DNA from: Spirochaetaceae bacterium | GTDB taxonomy: Bacteria > Spirochaetota > Spirochaetia > DSM-2461 | DNA: 64,000 bases | NCBI GenBank assembly: GCA_051531975.1 | Contig: JAOPTT010000014.1 | Location: forward strand, 1 to 64,000 | Reading direction: 5' to 3' | In this document: in pieces, positions 36,668 to 46,315 of the stretch | How the letters are laid out: each line of letters starts with the position of its first letter | Position numbering within the stretch: the stretch's first letter is position 1 | The notes under the pieces: generated by a model | The model's database searches: none | What the model saw: the letters and a program-made list of their open reading frames with translations, nothing else | What the model was told of the DNA's origin: nothing | Made by a program: the position numbers and the translations under genes

Positions 36668-37975
36668 TTATTCAGGCCAACTGTTATCTATTTTTGTCAT
36701 AACTTTATCAAGATCCTGACCACTTACATAATCAACCATTCCAGTCCAGAATGAACCAGCACCAACAGCTCCTGGCATTAAATCTGAAGCGTCAAATCTA
36801 AATGTACTTGCATTAAGTAAAATCTCACCAATTTTTCTATCTGCTTCAGTAGGATACCAACCTAAATCAGCATCTTTATGTGGAGAGATAAATCCACCAG
36901 ATTTAACCCATTCTTTAGTAGAAGCACCTATTGTAAGGAATTTCATAACTTCTCTAACTTCTGGTCTGTCATTAAATGCACCATAAATATCACCGGCACC
37001 TAATACTGGTTTTCCATATTTTGGATCAATTGGTGGAAGATAGAAAAAGTCCATATCACCATCAACTAATTCCTGACCTTTTTTAGGGAAGAATGCAGGT
37101 ATAAAACTAGCTTGTCTATGTAGCCAAGCTTTTGGAGGAGTTGTTGTTAATGCAGTTGGTGCATCACCAAAAGGAACTGTTAATATAGAAGTTGTTCCAC
37201 CATATACATAATCTTTATTAAAAAAGATTTCTCCCATTTTTTTGGCAGCATATTTAACTTCTGGAGAGTTAAATGGTAATTCACCTTTTACCCACATGTC
37301 ATAATTTTTAGTGGAAGTAGTTCTTAACATAATATCTTCCATCCAGTCTGTTGCAACCCAACCAGTAGCACCAGAACTCTCTATTCCAATAGACCATGGG
37401 ATTTCACCATCTGCAACCATCTGGTCAGATAAAGCTAACATTTCGTCCCAAGTTTCAGGAACTTTATATCCTTTAGCATCAAAGGCTTTTTTAGGGTACC
37501 AAACTAAAGATTTAACATTTGCTCTGTACCAAACTCCTGCCATAATTCCATTTATAGTTGCCATTTGAAGCCAACTGTCAATATATTGTTCTTTTAGATA
37601 TGACATATCAAACCAATCATTCATATCTTGAACATGACCGTTTTCAACAAAGTCGCCTAAAATACCAGGTTGAGGGAATGCTGCAATATCAGGTGCATCT
37701 CCACCTTCAACACGTACTGTTACTAATGACTCAAAATCACCTGAACCTTCATAAACAATATCTATTCCAGTCTTCTCTTCAAATGCTACCATTGAAGCAA
37801 TAAATCTTTCTGCATCTACATCTACAAATGCACCAAAGATATTTACTGTTGTTCCAGCTAATGGCTTATTTGAATCAACCGGAGCTTTAACCTCTTGTTG
37901 TTCTTCTTTCTTACATCCGACTAATACCAATGCTAAAAAAGAAATCATCATTAACATTGAAATAATTTTCTTCAT
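36668..37975 (-). CDS. aglE: Alpha-glucoside ABC solute-binding lipoprotein (AglE-like)
   Basis: Lipobox LVGC, PQPG, KSLVWY, ESSGATGW.ATDW.ED, FRFDASDLMP. Confidence 0.85.
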   Translation of the reverse strand: MKKIISMLMMISFLALVLVGCKKEEQQEVKAPVDSNKPLAGTTVNIFGAFVDVDAERFIASMVAFEEKTGIDIVYEGSGDFESLVTVRVEGGDAPDIAAFPQPGILGDFVENGHVQDMNDWFDMSYLKEQYIDSWLQMATINGIMAGVWYRANVKSLVWYPKKAFDAKGYKVPETWDEMLALSDQMVADGEIPWSIGIESSGATGWVATDWMEDIMLRTTSTKNYDMWVKGELPFNSPEVKYAAKKMGEIFFNKDYVYGGTTSILTVPFGDAPTALTTTPPKAWLHRQASFIPAFFPKKGQELVDGDMDFFYLPPIDPKYGKPVLGAGDIYGAFNDRPEVREVMKFLTIGASTKEWVKSGGFISPHKDADLGWYPTEADRKIGEILLNASTFRFDASDLMPGAVGAGSFWTGMVDYVSGQDLDKVMTKIDNSWPE

Positions 37976-38004
37976 TTTGTTTCTCCTTAATTTTTATATA
38001 AAAA

Positions 38005-38018
38005 ACTGCTTAAGCAGT
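38005..38018. promoter_or_regulatory. Perfect 14-bp palindrome ACTGCTTAAGCAGT before aglE
   Basis: In the 47-bp gap between LacI stop and SBP start. Confidence 0.4.
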
Positions 38019-38022
38019 AATT

Positions 38023-39045
38023 TTAACAACTATCTCTTTCTACCAACTTTGGTAGAATAACTTCCTGTACTATATCTCCCTGATTTTTATTCTCTATAAG
38101 CTCAGCAATCCTCTTAGATGCTTTTGTTGCAAGCTCAATTCTTGGTTGTTGAATTGTAGTTAATCGTGGATTTGTAGATTCACAGATTGGAGCATCATCG
38201 TAACCAATAACTTTTAACTCTTTTGGGATTTGTATCCCTTTAAACATTGCTGCACTTAAAAAACCAAAAGCCTGAATATCAGCTTGAAAAAAAATGCCAT
38301 CAATACTATCAATTAATTCTCGCTTTTCAGTTACTAGGGCATATCCACTTATATATGAACATTCTATTGTGATCACAAAATTTGCATTAAATTTAATTCC
38401 ATGTTTATCAAGAGCATCAATATAACCATTAGTCCTCTCTTTATACTCATCTGAGAATTTATCATCTGGTCTAACAGTTAGGATTTTTTTACAACCTCTA
38501 CTAATTAAGTATGATGTGGCCATAAAACCTCCAGACTGATGATCTGTAAAGAAATAATTCAGTGATTTTTCTTTAAAAAATCTCGGTTTCATATGTAGTT
38601 GAACAATAGGTAATCCGGCAAAAATTATACTCTCATAATCTTTGTGTGTAATTTGGTTATGCACTATTAAAAAGCCATCAACTTTTTGTTGTCTTAATAG
38701 TCTGTTTACATTGCTCTCTCCAGTCTCAGGGTGATAAGCTTCTAATAAAATAGCATCGAGACCCATTAACTCTAAAGCTTGCCTGAGTTCAACAAAAAGC
38801 CTATCCACATATAATGAAGCACCAAATTGATCCATGTGAGCTTCGTATACAACACCTATATTTCCTGTCTTTCTGCCACTTAGACTTCTGGCACCAGAAT
38901 TAAATTCAAAATTCATTGATCTAGCTATATTTTTGATCTTATCTTTTGTCTTTGGACTGATTTGTGGACTATCATTTAGAGCTCTTGAAACTGTTGAATG
39001 GCTAACACCAGCGATTACAGCTATATCCTTTATTGTAATTTTCAA
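38023..39045 (-). CDS. LacI family regulator (paralog A)
   Basis: KITIKDIA..AGVSHSTVSRALN; TTG start 39045 with GGAG. Confidence 0.93.
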   Translation of the reverse strand: MKITIKDIAVIAGVSHSTVSRALNDSPQISPKTKDKIKNIARSMNFEFNSGARSLSGRKTGNIGVVYEAHMDQFGASLYVDRLFVELRQALELMGLDAILLEAYHPETGESNVNRLLRQQKVDGFLIVHNQITHKDYESIIFAGLPIVQLHMKPRFFKEKSLNYFFTDHQSGGFMATSYLISRGCKKILTVRPDDKFSDEYKERTNGYIDALDKHGIKFNANFVITIECSYISGYALVTEKRELIDSIDGIFFQADIQAFGFLSAAMFKGIQIPKELKVIGYDDAPICESTNPRLTTIQQPRIELATKASKRIAELIENKNQGDIVQEVILPKLVERDSC

Positions 39046-39117
39046 ACTCCACTCCACTTTATGCACACGATAACAATTAAATAATTAACTTGCATCTATA
39101 CAACAAGTTAACACTCC

Positions 39118-39129
39118 GCACACGTGTGC
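39118..39129. promoter_or_regulatory. Putative LacI operator GCACACGTGTGC
   Basis: Perfect CG-centred palindrome; matching half-site ATGCACACG at 39061-39069. Confidence 0.65.
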
Positions 39130-39233
39130 ATGAAATATATTAAAGCAGGTTATATTAGAAGTCAAGAATATTAATTACAAAAATTGTAAAATTTAAAAAA
39201 AGTGAGATTTTAATATGTGATATACGGTTTTTA

Positions 39234-40256
39234 CTAAGTTGATTCACGTAAAACAATTGAAGTATCAATCATTTTCTGAACCTTTATTTCATCGTCTTTT
39301 TTATTAATTAGATCAATAATACGCTCTGAAGCATATTTTGCCAGCTCTTTTCTTGGCTGATATATTGTTGTTAGTTTTGGAGATGTTGATTCACATACTG
39401 GAGCATCGTCATATCCTATTACTTTAATATCCTGGGGAATTTTTATTCCACTTATTGCTGCAGCATTCATAAAACCAAATGCCTGAATATCCGTTTGGAA
39501 AAATATTCCATCAACTTCCTTTATTATTTCTGGTGCGGTCTTTAATAGGTTATATCCAGCATTATAAGTACATGGAAGAGAGATTAAATATTCATCCTTA
39601 ACTTCTAGACTGTTTTCCACCAATACATCTTTATACCCTCTAGTTCTACTTGGATACTCCTCTGAGTGAATATCGTCTGGAAATACAGTTAATATTTTTT
39701 TACAACCCTTTTTCACGAGATGTTTTGTTGCCAATCTACCACCTTGGATATGGTCAGTAATAAAATAGTCTAATTTGTTTTTATCAAAAAATCTTGGCAT
39801 CATATGAAGTTGTACTATAGGAATTCCTACCATCTGAATACTTGTATAATCTTTTTTAGATATGTGGTCATGAACCATTAAAAATCCATCTACTTTTTGC
39901 TGCCTTAAAAGCCTATCAATATTACTTGCCCCGGATTCAGGGTGATATGCTTCAAGAAGTATGACGTCCATATCCATTCTCTCAAGGTAGTGTCGTAACT
40001 CTAAAAAAAGCTGACTAATATAAAGTGATGAACCAAATTGATCATCGTTAGCATCGTATACTACTGCGATATTACCTGTTTTACTACTTTTAAGACTCCT
40101 AGCTCCTGAATTAAATTCAAAATTTAGAGACTTAGCGATATTTTTTATCTTCTCTTTTGTAGCAGTACTGATCTGATTACTGTCATTTAATGCCCTAGAA
40201 ACAGTAGAATGACTGACACCAGCAACAGCGGCAATATCTTTAATAGTAACTTTCAT
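39234..40256 (-). CDS. LacI family regulator (paralog B)
   Basis: MKVTIKDIAAVAGVSHSTVSRALN; colinear with paralog A. Confidence 0.94.
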   Translation of the reverse strand: MKVTIKDIAAVAGVSHSTVSRALNDSNQISTATKEKIKNIAKSLNFEFNSGARSLKSSKTGNIAVVYDANDDQFGSSLYISQLFLELRHYLERMDMDVILLEAYHPESGASNIDRLLRQQKVDGFLMVHDHISKKDYTSIQMVGIPIVQLHMMPRFFDKNKLDYFITDHIQGGRLATKHLVKKGCKKILTVFPDDIHSEEYPSRTRGYKDVLVENSLEVKDEYLISLPCTYNAGYNLLKTAPEIIKEVDGIFFQTDIQAFGFMNAAAISGIKIPQDIKVIGYDDAPVCESTSPKLTTIYQPRKELAKYASERIIDLINKKDDEIKVQKMIDTSIVLREST

Positions 40257-40313
40257 ATATTCATAGTGTGTAAGATTCCACTATCTGTCAAATGGTTTGA
40301 CAAACTATTTACA

Positions 40314-42788
40314 TTAACTTTTTGGTCTCTTACCTAAAAAAGGGGAGGTTTTTGTTATTTGTTTAATAAATTCACCTCTACTGTTTTTACTACTAGCAAG
40401 GTCAGAATAATAACCCATTTTTATATAATAGTCTCTTTCATTCTCATCTTTAGCAAGAAATAGAACCTCTTCGGGTAACAAATTTTTATCATTAATTATT
40501 TTCCAGATTTTTTCCTCTCTTTCAAGTAATGAACCTTTAATTTCACTATTTTGTATCACCTTCATTTCAGGTAAAGTTTTTAATACTTTTATCTCACCTT
40601 TTGTAAGTTCAACTTTTTCACCAAAGTGATAAATATCAATATTTTTATCCACCGATAGATAGCTAATAACATCATCTTTGATTTCTATTGTTAAGCTACA
40701 ATTTTTAACTATTATATTAAGTTTTATACTAGTAAGTTTTTTGGGAAGCTTAGGTCTAAAACGAATAGTATCCTTAAAGGTCTCTACACCTAAAAATCCT
40801 CGTATTATCATTAAATAGGACCCACCCATAGAAGCTGTGTGAAGACCGTGGGAGACATTATGATGTAGGTTTTTTCTATCTGTATGTATTGTTTCTAAAA
40901 AATATTCCCAGCTAAGATCTTCATAACCTAGCCAAAATGCATTTATCCCCTGGGCACATGCACTTAAAGAAGAATCCCTAGTTGTTAACTCCTCATAATA
41001 ATCAAAGTTCCTTTTTAATAACCCAGGGGAAAATTGATCCCTAAAAATTGATTGGGCCATAACGACATCAGCCTGCTTAAGAACTTGTTTCCTATATATA
41101 TTAAGTGGATGGAAGTTTAATAACAGAGGATATTTATCCGCTGGTGTATTTTTAAAATCCCACTTCTCTTTATCTAAAAAGCTGTCATCTTGGGGAGATA
41201 CTGGTCTTGCTTTTGGTATATATATATTGTTTGCAACTTCTAACCATTTTGATACTTTTTCTTTTGAAACAATATCTTTTAACCATTTAGCTGAAGAGAG
41301 TAAATTCTTTTTAGCCATTAGATTTGTAAATAGGTTATTATCTACCATTGCAGTATATTCATCAGGCCCTGTAACAGAGTTAAAACAATAACCTTTCTCA
41401 TCTATAAAATCGGCTAGACTACACCAAAAGTCAGCTGTTCCAGTTAATAACCCATCCCCACCTTCAGATATAATAGAATAGTCCCCAGTAACTTCTAGAT
41501 ACAGATTTAGGCCAAGAGCAATATCAGCGTTAATATGATACTGAGCAGTTCCAGCAGGGAAATATGCCGAGGACTCTTCACCATTAATTGTTCTCCATGG
41601 AAAAAGAATACCTTGGTGACCTAATAAATTTGCTCTGTCTTTTGCCTTTCCTAATATTGAAACTCTGTATAGAAGCATACTTTTTGCAATTTTTGGATTT
41701 GTATATACAAAAAATGGCAAGACATAAGCTTCTGCATCCCAGAAATAGTGTCCCTCATATCCTAATCCGCTTAATCCTTTTGCTGCTATGGATCTTTTGC
41801 CATCTTGCCCTGCAGACTGGAGTAACTGAAAGATATTATATCTTAAGCTAGTTTCCGCATCGGTATCACCACTTAAAACAATATTACTTCGACTCCAAAA
41901 TAGATCCATATAATTTTCTTGTTTTTTAAGAACTTTGGTAAAACCATCAGACAGAGTTTTATCTAACTCAGCCTCTAGATCTTCTAGAATTCTTTTTTTA
42001 TCACAAAGCTCCCCGTATGAATAAGAGGCAACCTTAGTTATTTGTATAGAATCACCTGCAGTACCACTCCAAGACTTTTCTAGCCCATTTTTAACTACTG
42101 AACTCTGGGTCTCATTTATTTCTAAACCTTTAATATCGTGTCCCATTTTACAACCAGCCAATAGATCACTGCCTGTTGCATGAACAAGTAAATAGTTTTC
42201 GTCTCTAGTTATATCTAAAGATGTACCATTAAAATGAGCAGATACTCTAGGGTCTTCTTCATCAAGATCTGTCTGCATTTCTAAAACTATTGAGCTAACA
42301 ATTGAGACTTTTGAATTCGGCCTGGGAATATTAATATCTAATTTATGGATAACAGTACCAATTGTTGAAAATGGAACAATAGTAATTAGTTCTCCTGAAT
42401 ATATCTGTTTGCTAAAATTATCTTGCCACTCAAATTCCCATTTAAGAGATGAGTTTTTCATGTTTAAATATCTCTTGTTATTTATAAATACTCCATTTAT
42501 ATTAAAAAGTTGTATTCCATCAACTTCAATTTTTATCTCTTTACTATCTGGAACAGGAATCATTGTTTGCCAGTTTTCAGCAAAACCATAGGCTTTTTCC
42601 CCATATTTAATTTTACCCTTCTCATAAAAACCATTTATATATGTACCACGGTCAACTGCTCTATTTTGAATTGTAAGATCTCCACGCAGTCCAAGAAATC
42701 CATTTCCCAGAGTAAATAGAGATTCAAACTTCTTTATCTCCGATATTGTTTCAAAGTTATTTTGCTCAATAATCCACTGTCTATCCAT
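40314..42788 (-). CDS. GH65 disaccharide phosphorylase/hydrolase
   Basis: ESLFTLGNG..G.RG, KGLSG.GYEGHYFWD, VTGPDEY, KQADV, DSSLS; start moved to ATG 42788. Confidence 0.92.
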   Translation of the reverse strand: MDRQWIIEQNNFETISEIKKFESLFTLGNGFLGLRGDLTIQNRAVDRGTYINGFYEKGKIKYGEKAYGFAENWQTMIPVPDSKEIKIEVDGIQLFNINGVFINNKRYLNMKNSSLKWEFEWQDNFSKQIYSGELITIVPFSTIGTVIHKLDINIPRPNSKVSIVSSIVLEMQTDLDEEDPRVSAHFNGTSLDITRDENYLLVHATGSDLLAGCKMGHDIKGLEINETQSSVVKNGLEKSWSGTAGDSIQITKVASYSYGELCDKKRILEDLEAELDKTLSDGFTKVLKKQENYMDLFWSRSNIVLSGDTDAETSLRYNIFQLLQSAGQDGKRSIAAKGLSGLGYEGHYFWDAEAYVLPFFVYTNPKIAKSMLLYRVSILGKAKDRANLLGHQGILFPWRTINGEESSAYFPAGTAQYHINADIALGLNLYLEVTGDYSIISEGGDGLLTGTADFWCSLADFIDEKGYCFNSVTGPDEYTAMVDNNLFTNLMAKKNLLSSAKWLKDIVSKEKVSKWLEVANNIYIPKARPVSPQDDSFLDKEKWDFKNTPADKYPLLLNFHPLNIYRKQVLKQADVVMAQSIFRDQFSPGLLKRNFDYYEELTTRDSSLSACAQGINAFWLGYEDLSWEYFLETIHTDRKNLHHNVSHGLHTASMGGSYLMIIRGFLGVETFKDTIRFRPKLPKKLTSIKLNIIVKNCSLTIEIKDDVISYLSVDKNIDIYHFGEKVELTKGEIKVLKTLPEMKVIQNSEIKGSLLEREEKIWKIINDKNLLPEEVLFLAKDENERDYYIKMGYYSDLASSKNSRGEFIKQITKTSPFLGKRPKS

Positions 42789-42842
42789 TTTTGTACCCTT
42801 TCCAAAATTCAAAAAATTATATATAACTATAATTACAACAAA

Positions 42843-42856
42843 TGTAAGTGCTTTCA
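42843..42856. promoter_or_regulatory. LacI/cre-like operator TGTAAGTGCTTTCA
   Basis: Close to the TGWAANCGNTWWCA pattern; lies between divergent GH65 and LacI. Confidence 0.55.
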
Positions 42857-42924
42857 TGTAATTTATTACAAACATAATTCTCTCTTGAAAGTTTGTCAAT
42901 AGATATATATGATCTGGAGTATAA

Positions 42925-43926
42925 ATGTCTAAAAAAAATTCTACTATATACGATGTAGCAAACAGCGCAGGAATCTCTATTGCAACAGTTTCTAGGGTTT
43001 TAAATAGCCCTGATGTTGTTTCAATTAAAACTAAGGAAAAAGTATATAAGGCTATGGAATCATTAGGTTTTACCCCAAAAGCTGAGGCCAGGGACAGAGC
43101 TAAACGGCACATCGGTAGAATAGGCGTAATTAGCCCACATCTGACATTCCCATCGTTTATACACCGATTAAAAGGTATTACAACTGTTATTGATGGCGCC
43201 TCGTTTGAACTATCTATGATAACAATCAATGACAAAAATGATATTGATCAATATTTAAAATCAAAAGAACTTACACACAGGCTAGACGGTATAATAGTTT
43301 TGAGTATGAAGTTAAACAGATCAACTATAGAGCTTCTTAAAAAATTGAAGATAAAAACAGTATTTATTGAGTTTGGTGAAGAGGACTTTACAAGTATATG
43401 TGTAAATAATTTTAAAGGTGGTGAATCTGTTGCAGAATATCTGTTTAAAAAGAATTACACTACTTTTGCTGTTTTAACCCATTTTGATGTTACTCAGGAT
43501 GAAGTTCCAAACAAATTAAGAGTTGACGGGTTCAAATCTAAATTAAAAGAGCTTGAGATAATTTTAGATGATAATAGTATCTTTTATACAACTAACGATC
43601 TTAACTTAGCTATAGAAGAAGCAACAAATATCTTAACACAAACAAAGAGGCCAGAAGTAATTTTTGCAACCACCGACCTTTTAGCTGTTGCAGTAATAAA
43701 AAGTGCAAAAAAATTAAATATAAACATTCCTGTAGATCTTGGTGTAATCGGTTTTGATGGTACAACAACATCAGAATATCTTGATTTAACAACTGTTGAT
43801 CAATCCCTGGAAGATTCAGGTAAAATGGCTGCAGAACTTCTTATTAAAAGCTTAAATGAACCAGAACAACCGATTCAAAATATTTTTCTTCCATTAAAAA
43901 TAATTGAAAGATCTACGGTAAGATAG
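42925..43926 (+). CDS. LacI family transcriptional regulator
   Basis: TIYDVANSAGISIATVSRVLN, GFDG, LTTVDQ. Confidence 0.94.
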   Translation: MSKKNSTIYDVANSAGISIATVSRVLNSPDVVSIKTKEKVYKAMESLGFTPKAEARDRAKRHIGRIGVISPHLTFPSFIHRLKGITTVIDGASFELSMITINDKNDIDQYLKSKELTHRLDGIIVLSMKLNRSTIELLKKLKIKTVFIEFGEEDFTSICVNNFKGGESVAEYLFKKNYTTFAVLTHFDVTQDEVPNKLRVDGFKSKLKELEIILDDNSIFYTTNDLNLAIEEATNILTQTKRPEVIFATTDLLAVAVIKSAKKLNINIPVDLGVIGFDGTTTSEYLDLTTVDQSLEDSGKMAAELLIKSLNEPEQPIQNIFLPLKIIERSTVR

Positions 43927-43998
43927 AATATAAAAGATAGATCATTAAAATAGGTATATTTTGTTGTATTTCAATATATCTGAACATATAATTATTAT

Positions 43999-45903
43999 AT
44001 GAATAAAATCTTTATCATCCTTCTTATTCTAATGAATTCTCAGATATCTTATTCTGAAACTGAAACAAAGCACTATAATATATTATATATCAACTCTTAT
44101 CATAGTGGCTTTTCCTGGAGTGACAATATAGAAAATGGTTTTATATCTGAAATGTTAAACCTAGAAATAAATTATGAATTATACATAGAAAGACTAGAAT
44201 CCAAGAGGATTAAACTAAATAACAGTAAATCTGAGTATAAAAACCTAATCAAAAAAAAATACCACAATATTCAATTTGATGTTGTTGTTACATCAGATGA
44301 TAACGCATTTAATTTTGCAGCAGAAAATAGGGAAGAACTATTTCCAAATGTTCCTATAGTTTTTAGTGGTGTAAATGACAAAAACAATACATATCTATTA
44401 AATGATACAAATATAGCTGGGGTAATTGAAGATGTAGATATATCTGGATTAATAAAATTAATTCTAGAGGTTCAACCCAAGACAACACACATAGCTATAA
44501 TTGGAGATCAGACAGAATCGGCGGTGATTCATATAAACAATACTGTAAGTGTACTAAAAAACCAGTATCCAGAACTGGAATATAGTATATATAACAGTTG
44601 GACATTAAATTCTCTAGCAGATGAATTAAATAAACTGCAAAAATCGACGGTAGTTATTGAACTGGCATTTCATCTAGACAAAAATGCAGAACCAATTAGT
44701 TTTAATCAGGAACGAGATTTTTTTAAAAACAGAGTAAACATCCCCTCTTACTCTTTATGGGATAGTAGATTAAATTACGGAATTACAGGTGGAGTAATAG
44801 CATCAGGAACTGTACATGGCCAAGTTGCAGCACAGTTAGCAACATCGATATTAAAAGGAAACTTTCCTGAAAACCCCATTCTAAGTAATATCCCCTTTCC
44901 TACTTATTTTGATTATAGGGAAGTTGAAAGGTTTGGTATATCATTTAAAAATATACCTAAGGCAGCAATTTTCATTAATAGACCTGATACATTATGGCTA
45001 AAGTATAAAAACTATATAATTATGATTATTATTTTTACGATAGCCCAAATTGTACTCATAATATTTCTAATATTAAATATTCATTATAGAAGAATTGCCA
45101 AGAAAAAACTTTTGATTCTAAATAAAGAACTAGAAGATAAAGTTAAAATTAGAACTAATGATTTAGAAGAATCTCTAAAAAACCTACAGTTAACACAAAA
45201 AAGTTTAATTGAAAGTGAAAAAATGGCATCTTTAGGAAGTCTAGTAACTGGGATATCTCATCAGATAAATACACCACTTGGAATATGTAAAACAATATCA
45301 TCATTTATGAAAGATAAAATTACAGAGAATCCATCAGATGACTTACAAGAATCTATTATCCTTTTAGAAAAAAATATTGATAAGGTAGCAACTATTATAA
45401 ATAACTTTAGACAAGTATCTGTAGATTTTACCAGCGAATCCCTCACATCAATAAATATGTCAGTATTTATTAATCAGGTAATAAGTAGCCAGGAGTCAAA
45501 GTTTCAAGAAAACAGTATAAGAACAAGTTTTGATTGTCCCAAAAACCTAGTAATTACAACTTATACAGGAGTACTACTAAAGGTTTTTATTATTCTTTTT
45601 AAGAACAGTATTATGCATGGCTTTGATGGAGATTTTGACGCACCAAAAATAGCTATAGTAGTTACAGATCATAACAATTATATCAGTATTAAATATTCAG
45701 ATAACGGTAAAGGTATAGAGTACAAAAATCATGAAAAAATATTTGACCCATTCTACACAACTAAATTAGGAAAAGGTAATAGTGGTTTAGGTTTAAATAT
45801 TGCATATAACGAAATAGTTCATAGGTTAAAAGGTACTATAACTACTGATTTTTCAAATGAGAGAGGATTAAGTTTTATAATAGACTTTCCCAAAGACAGC
45901 TAG
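43999..45903 (+). CDS. Sensor histidine kinase with ABC-substrate-binding-like extracytoplasmic domain
   Basis: Signal peptide, INSYH..F.WS, TM helix, EKMASLG..V.GISHQINTP, DNGKG, FYTTK, SGLGL. Confidence 0.9.
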   Translation: MNKIFIILLILMNSQISYSETETKHYNILYINSYHSGFSWSDNIENGFISEMLNLEINYELYIERLESKRIKLNNSKSEYKNLIKKKYHNIQFDVVVTSDDNAFNFAAENREELFPNVPIVFSGVNDKNNTYLLNDTNIAGVIEDVDISGLIKLILEVQPKTTHIAIIGDQTESAVIHINNTVSVLKNQYPELEYSIYNSWTLNSLADELNKLQKSTVVIELAFHLDKNAEPISFNQERDFFKNRVNIPSYSLWDSRLNYGITGGVIASGTVHGQVAAQLATSILKGNFPENPILSNIPFPTYFDYREVERFGISFKNIPKAAIFINRPDTLWLKYKNYIIMIIIFTIAQIVLIIFLILNIHYRRIAKKKLLILNKELEDKVKIRTNDLEESLKNLQLTQKSLIESEKMASLGSLVTGISHQINTPLGICKTISSFMKDKITENPSDDLQESIILLEKNIDKVATIINNFRQVSVDFTSESLTSINMSVFINQVISSQESKFQENSIRTSFDCPKNLVITTYTGVLLKVFIILFKNSIMHGFDGDFDAPKIAIVVTDHNNYISIKYSDNGKGIEYKNHEKIFDPFYTTKLGKGNSGLGLNIAYNEIVHRLKGTITTDFSNERGLSFIIDFPKDS

Positions 45904-46145
45904 TTATATCTCCCTTATTTAGAAGAAATTGAGTATCCCCAATCAGCTATCTTAGTAATTAAAAGAACTAAAGTAATAATATAAATTCCCTATATAAAAG
46001 TGATGACAAAAAACATTTAAGTTCACTTCCAAGAGAAAAAATACTATACACTGAGTAACTCATTGGATTTATTAAAAGGTTGATTATCTGGACATCTGAC
46101 TCCAGAATGTCTATTAGAAGGCATGCTCAAATTTACAGAAACATA

Positions 46146-46177
46146 AGATATTAGATATTAGATATTAGATATTAGAT
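46146..46177. repeat. Heptamer tandem repeat (AGATATT)x4.6
   Basis: AGATATT AGATATT AGATATT AGATATT AGAT in intergenic DNA. Confidence 0.9.
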
Positions 46178-46315
46178 TAACATTATTAAAAAAAGACATA
46201 GAATAACCTCGTTTTACATTATTGTAGAAAGAAAATTATTTTTTTTATTTGGTTCTCACTTCAAAAAACGACTACACTTATATTTAAGGTAATTAAAAAC
46301 TATGAGGTGTAATCT

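Noticed and set aside
42789..43235. 149-aa N-terminal extension of the 973-aa GH65 ORF
   Set aside because: Largely the antisense shadow of the LacI gene at 42925; GH65 homology starts at MDRQW (42788)
46040..46140. Possible riboswitch or ncRNA in the long intergenic region between the kinases
   Set aside because: Short dyads only; no Rfam-like consensus recognisable by eye; would need an Infernal cmscan hit
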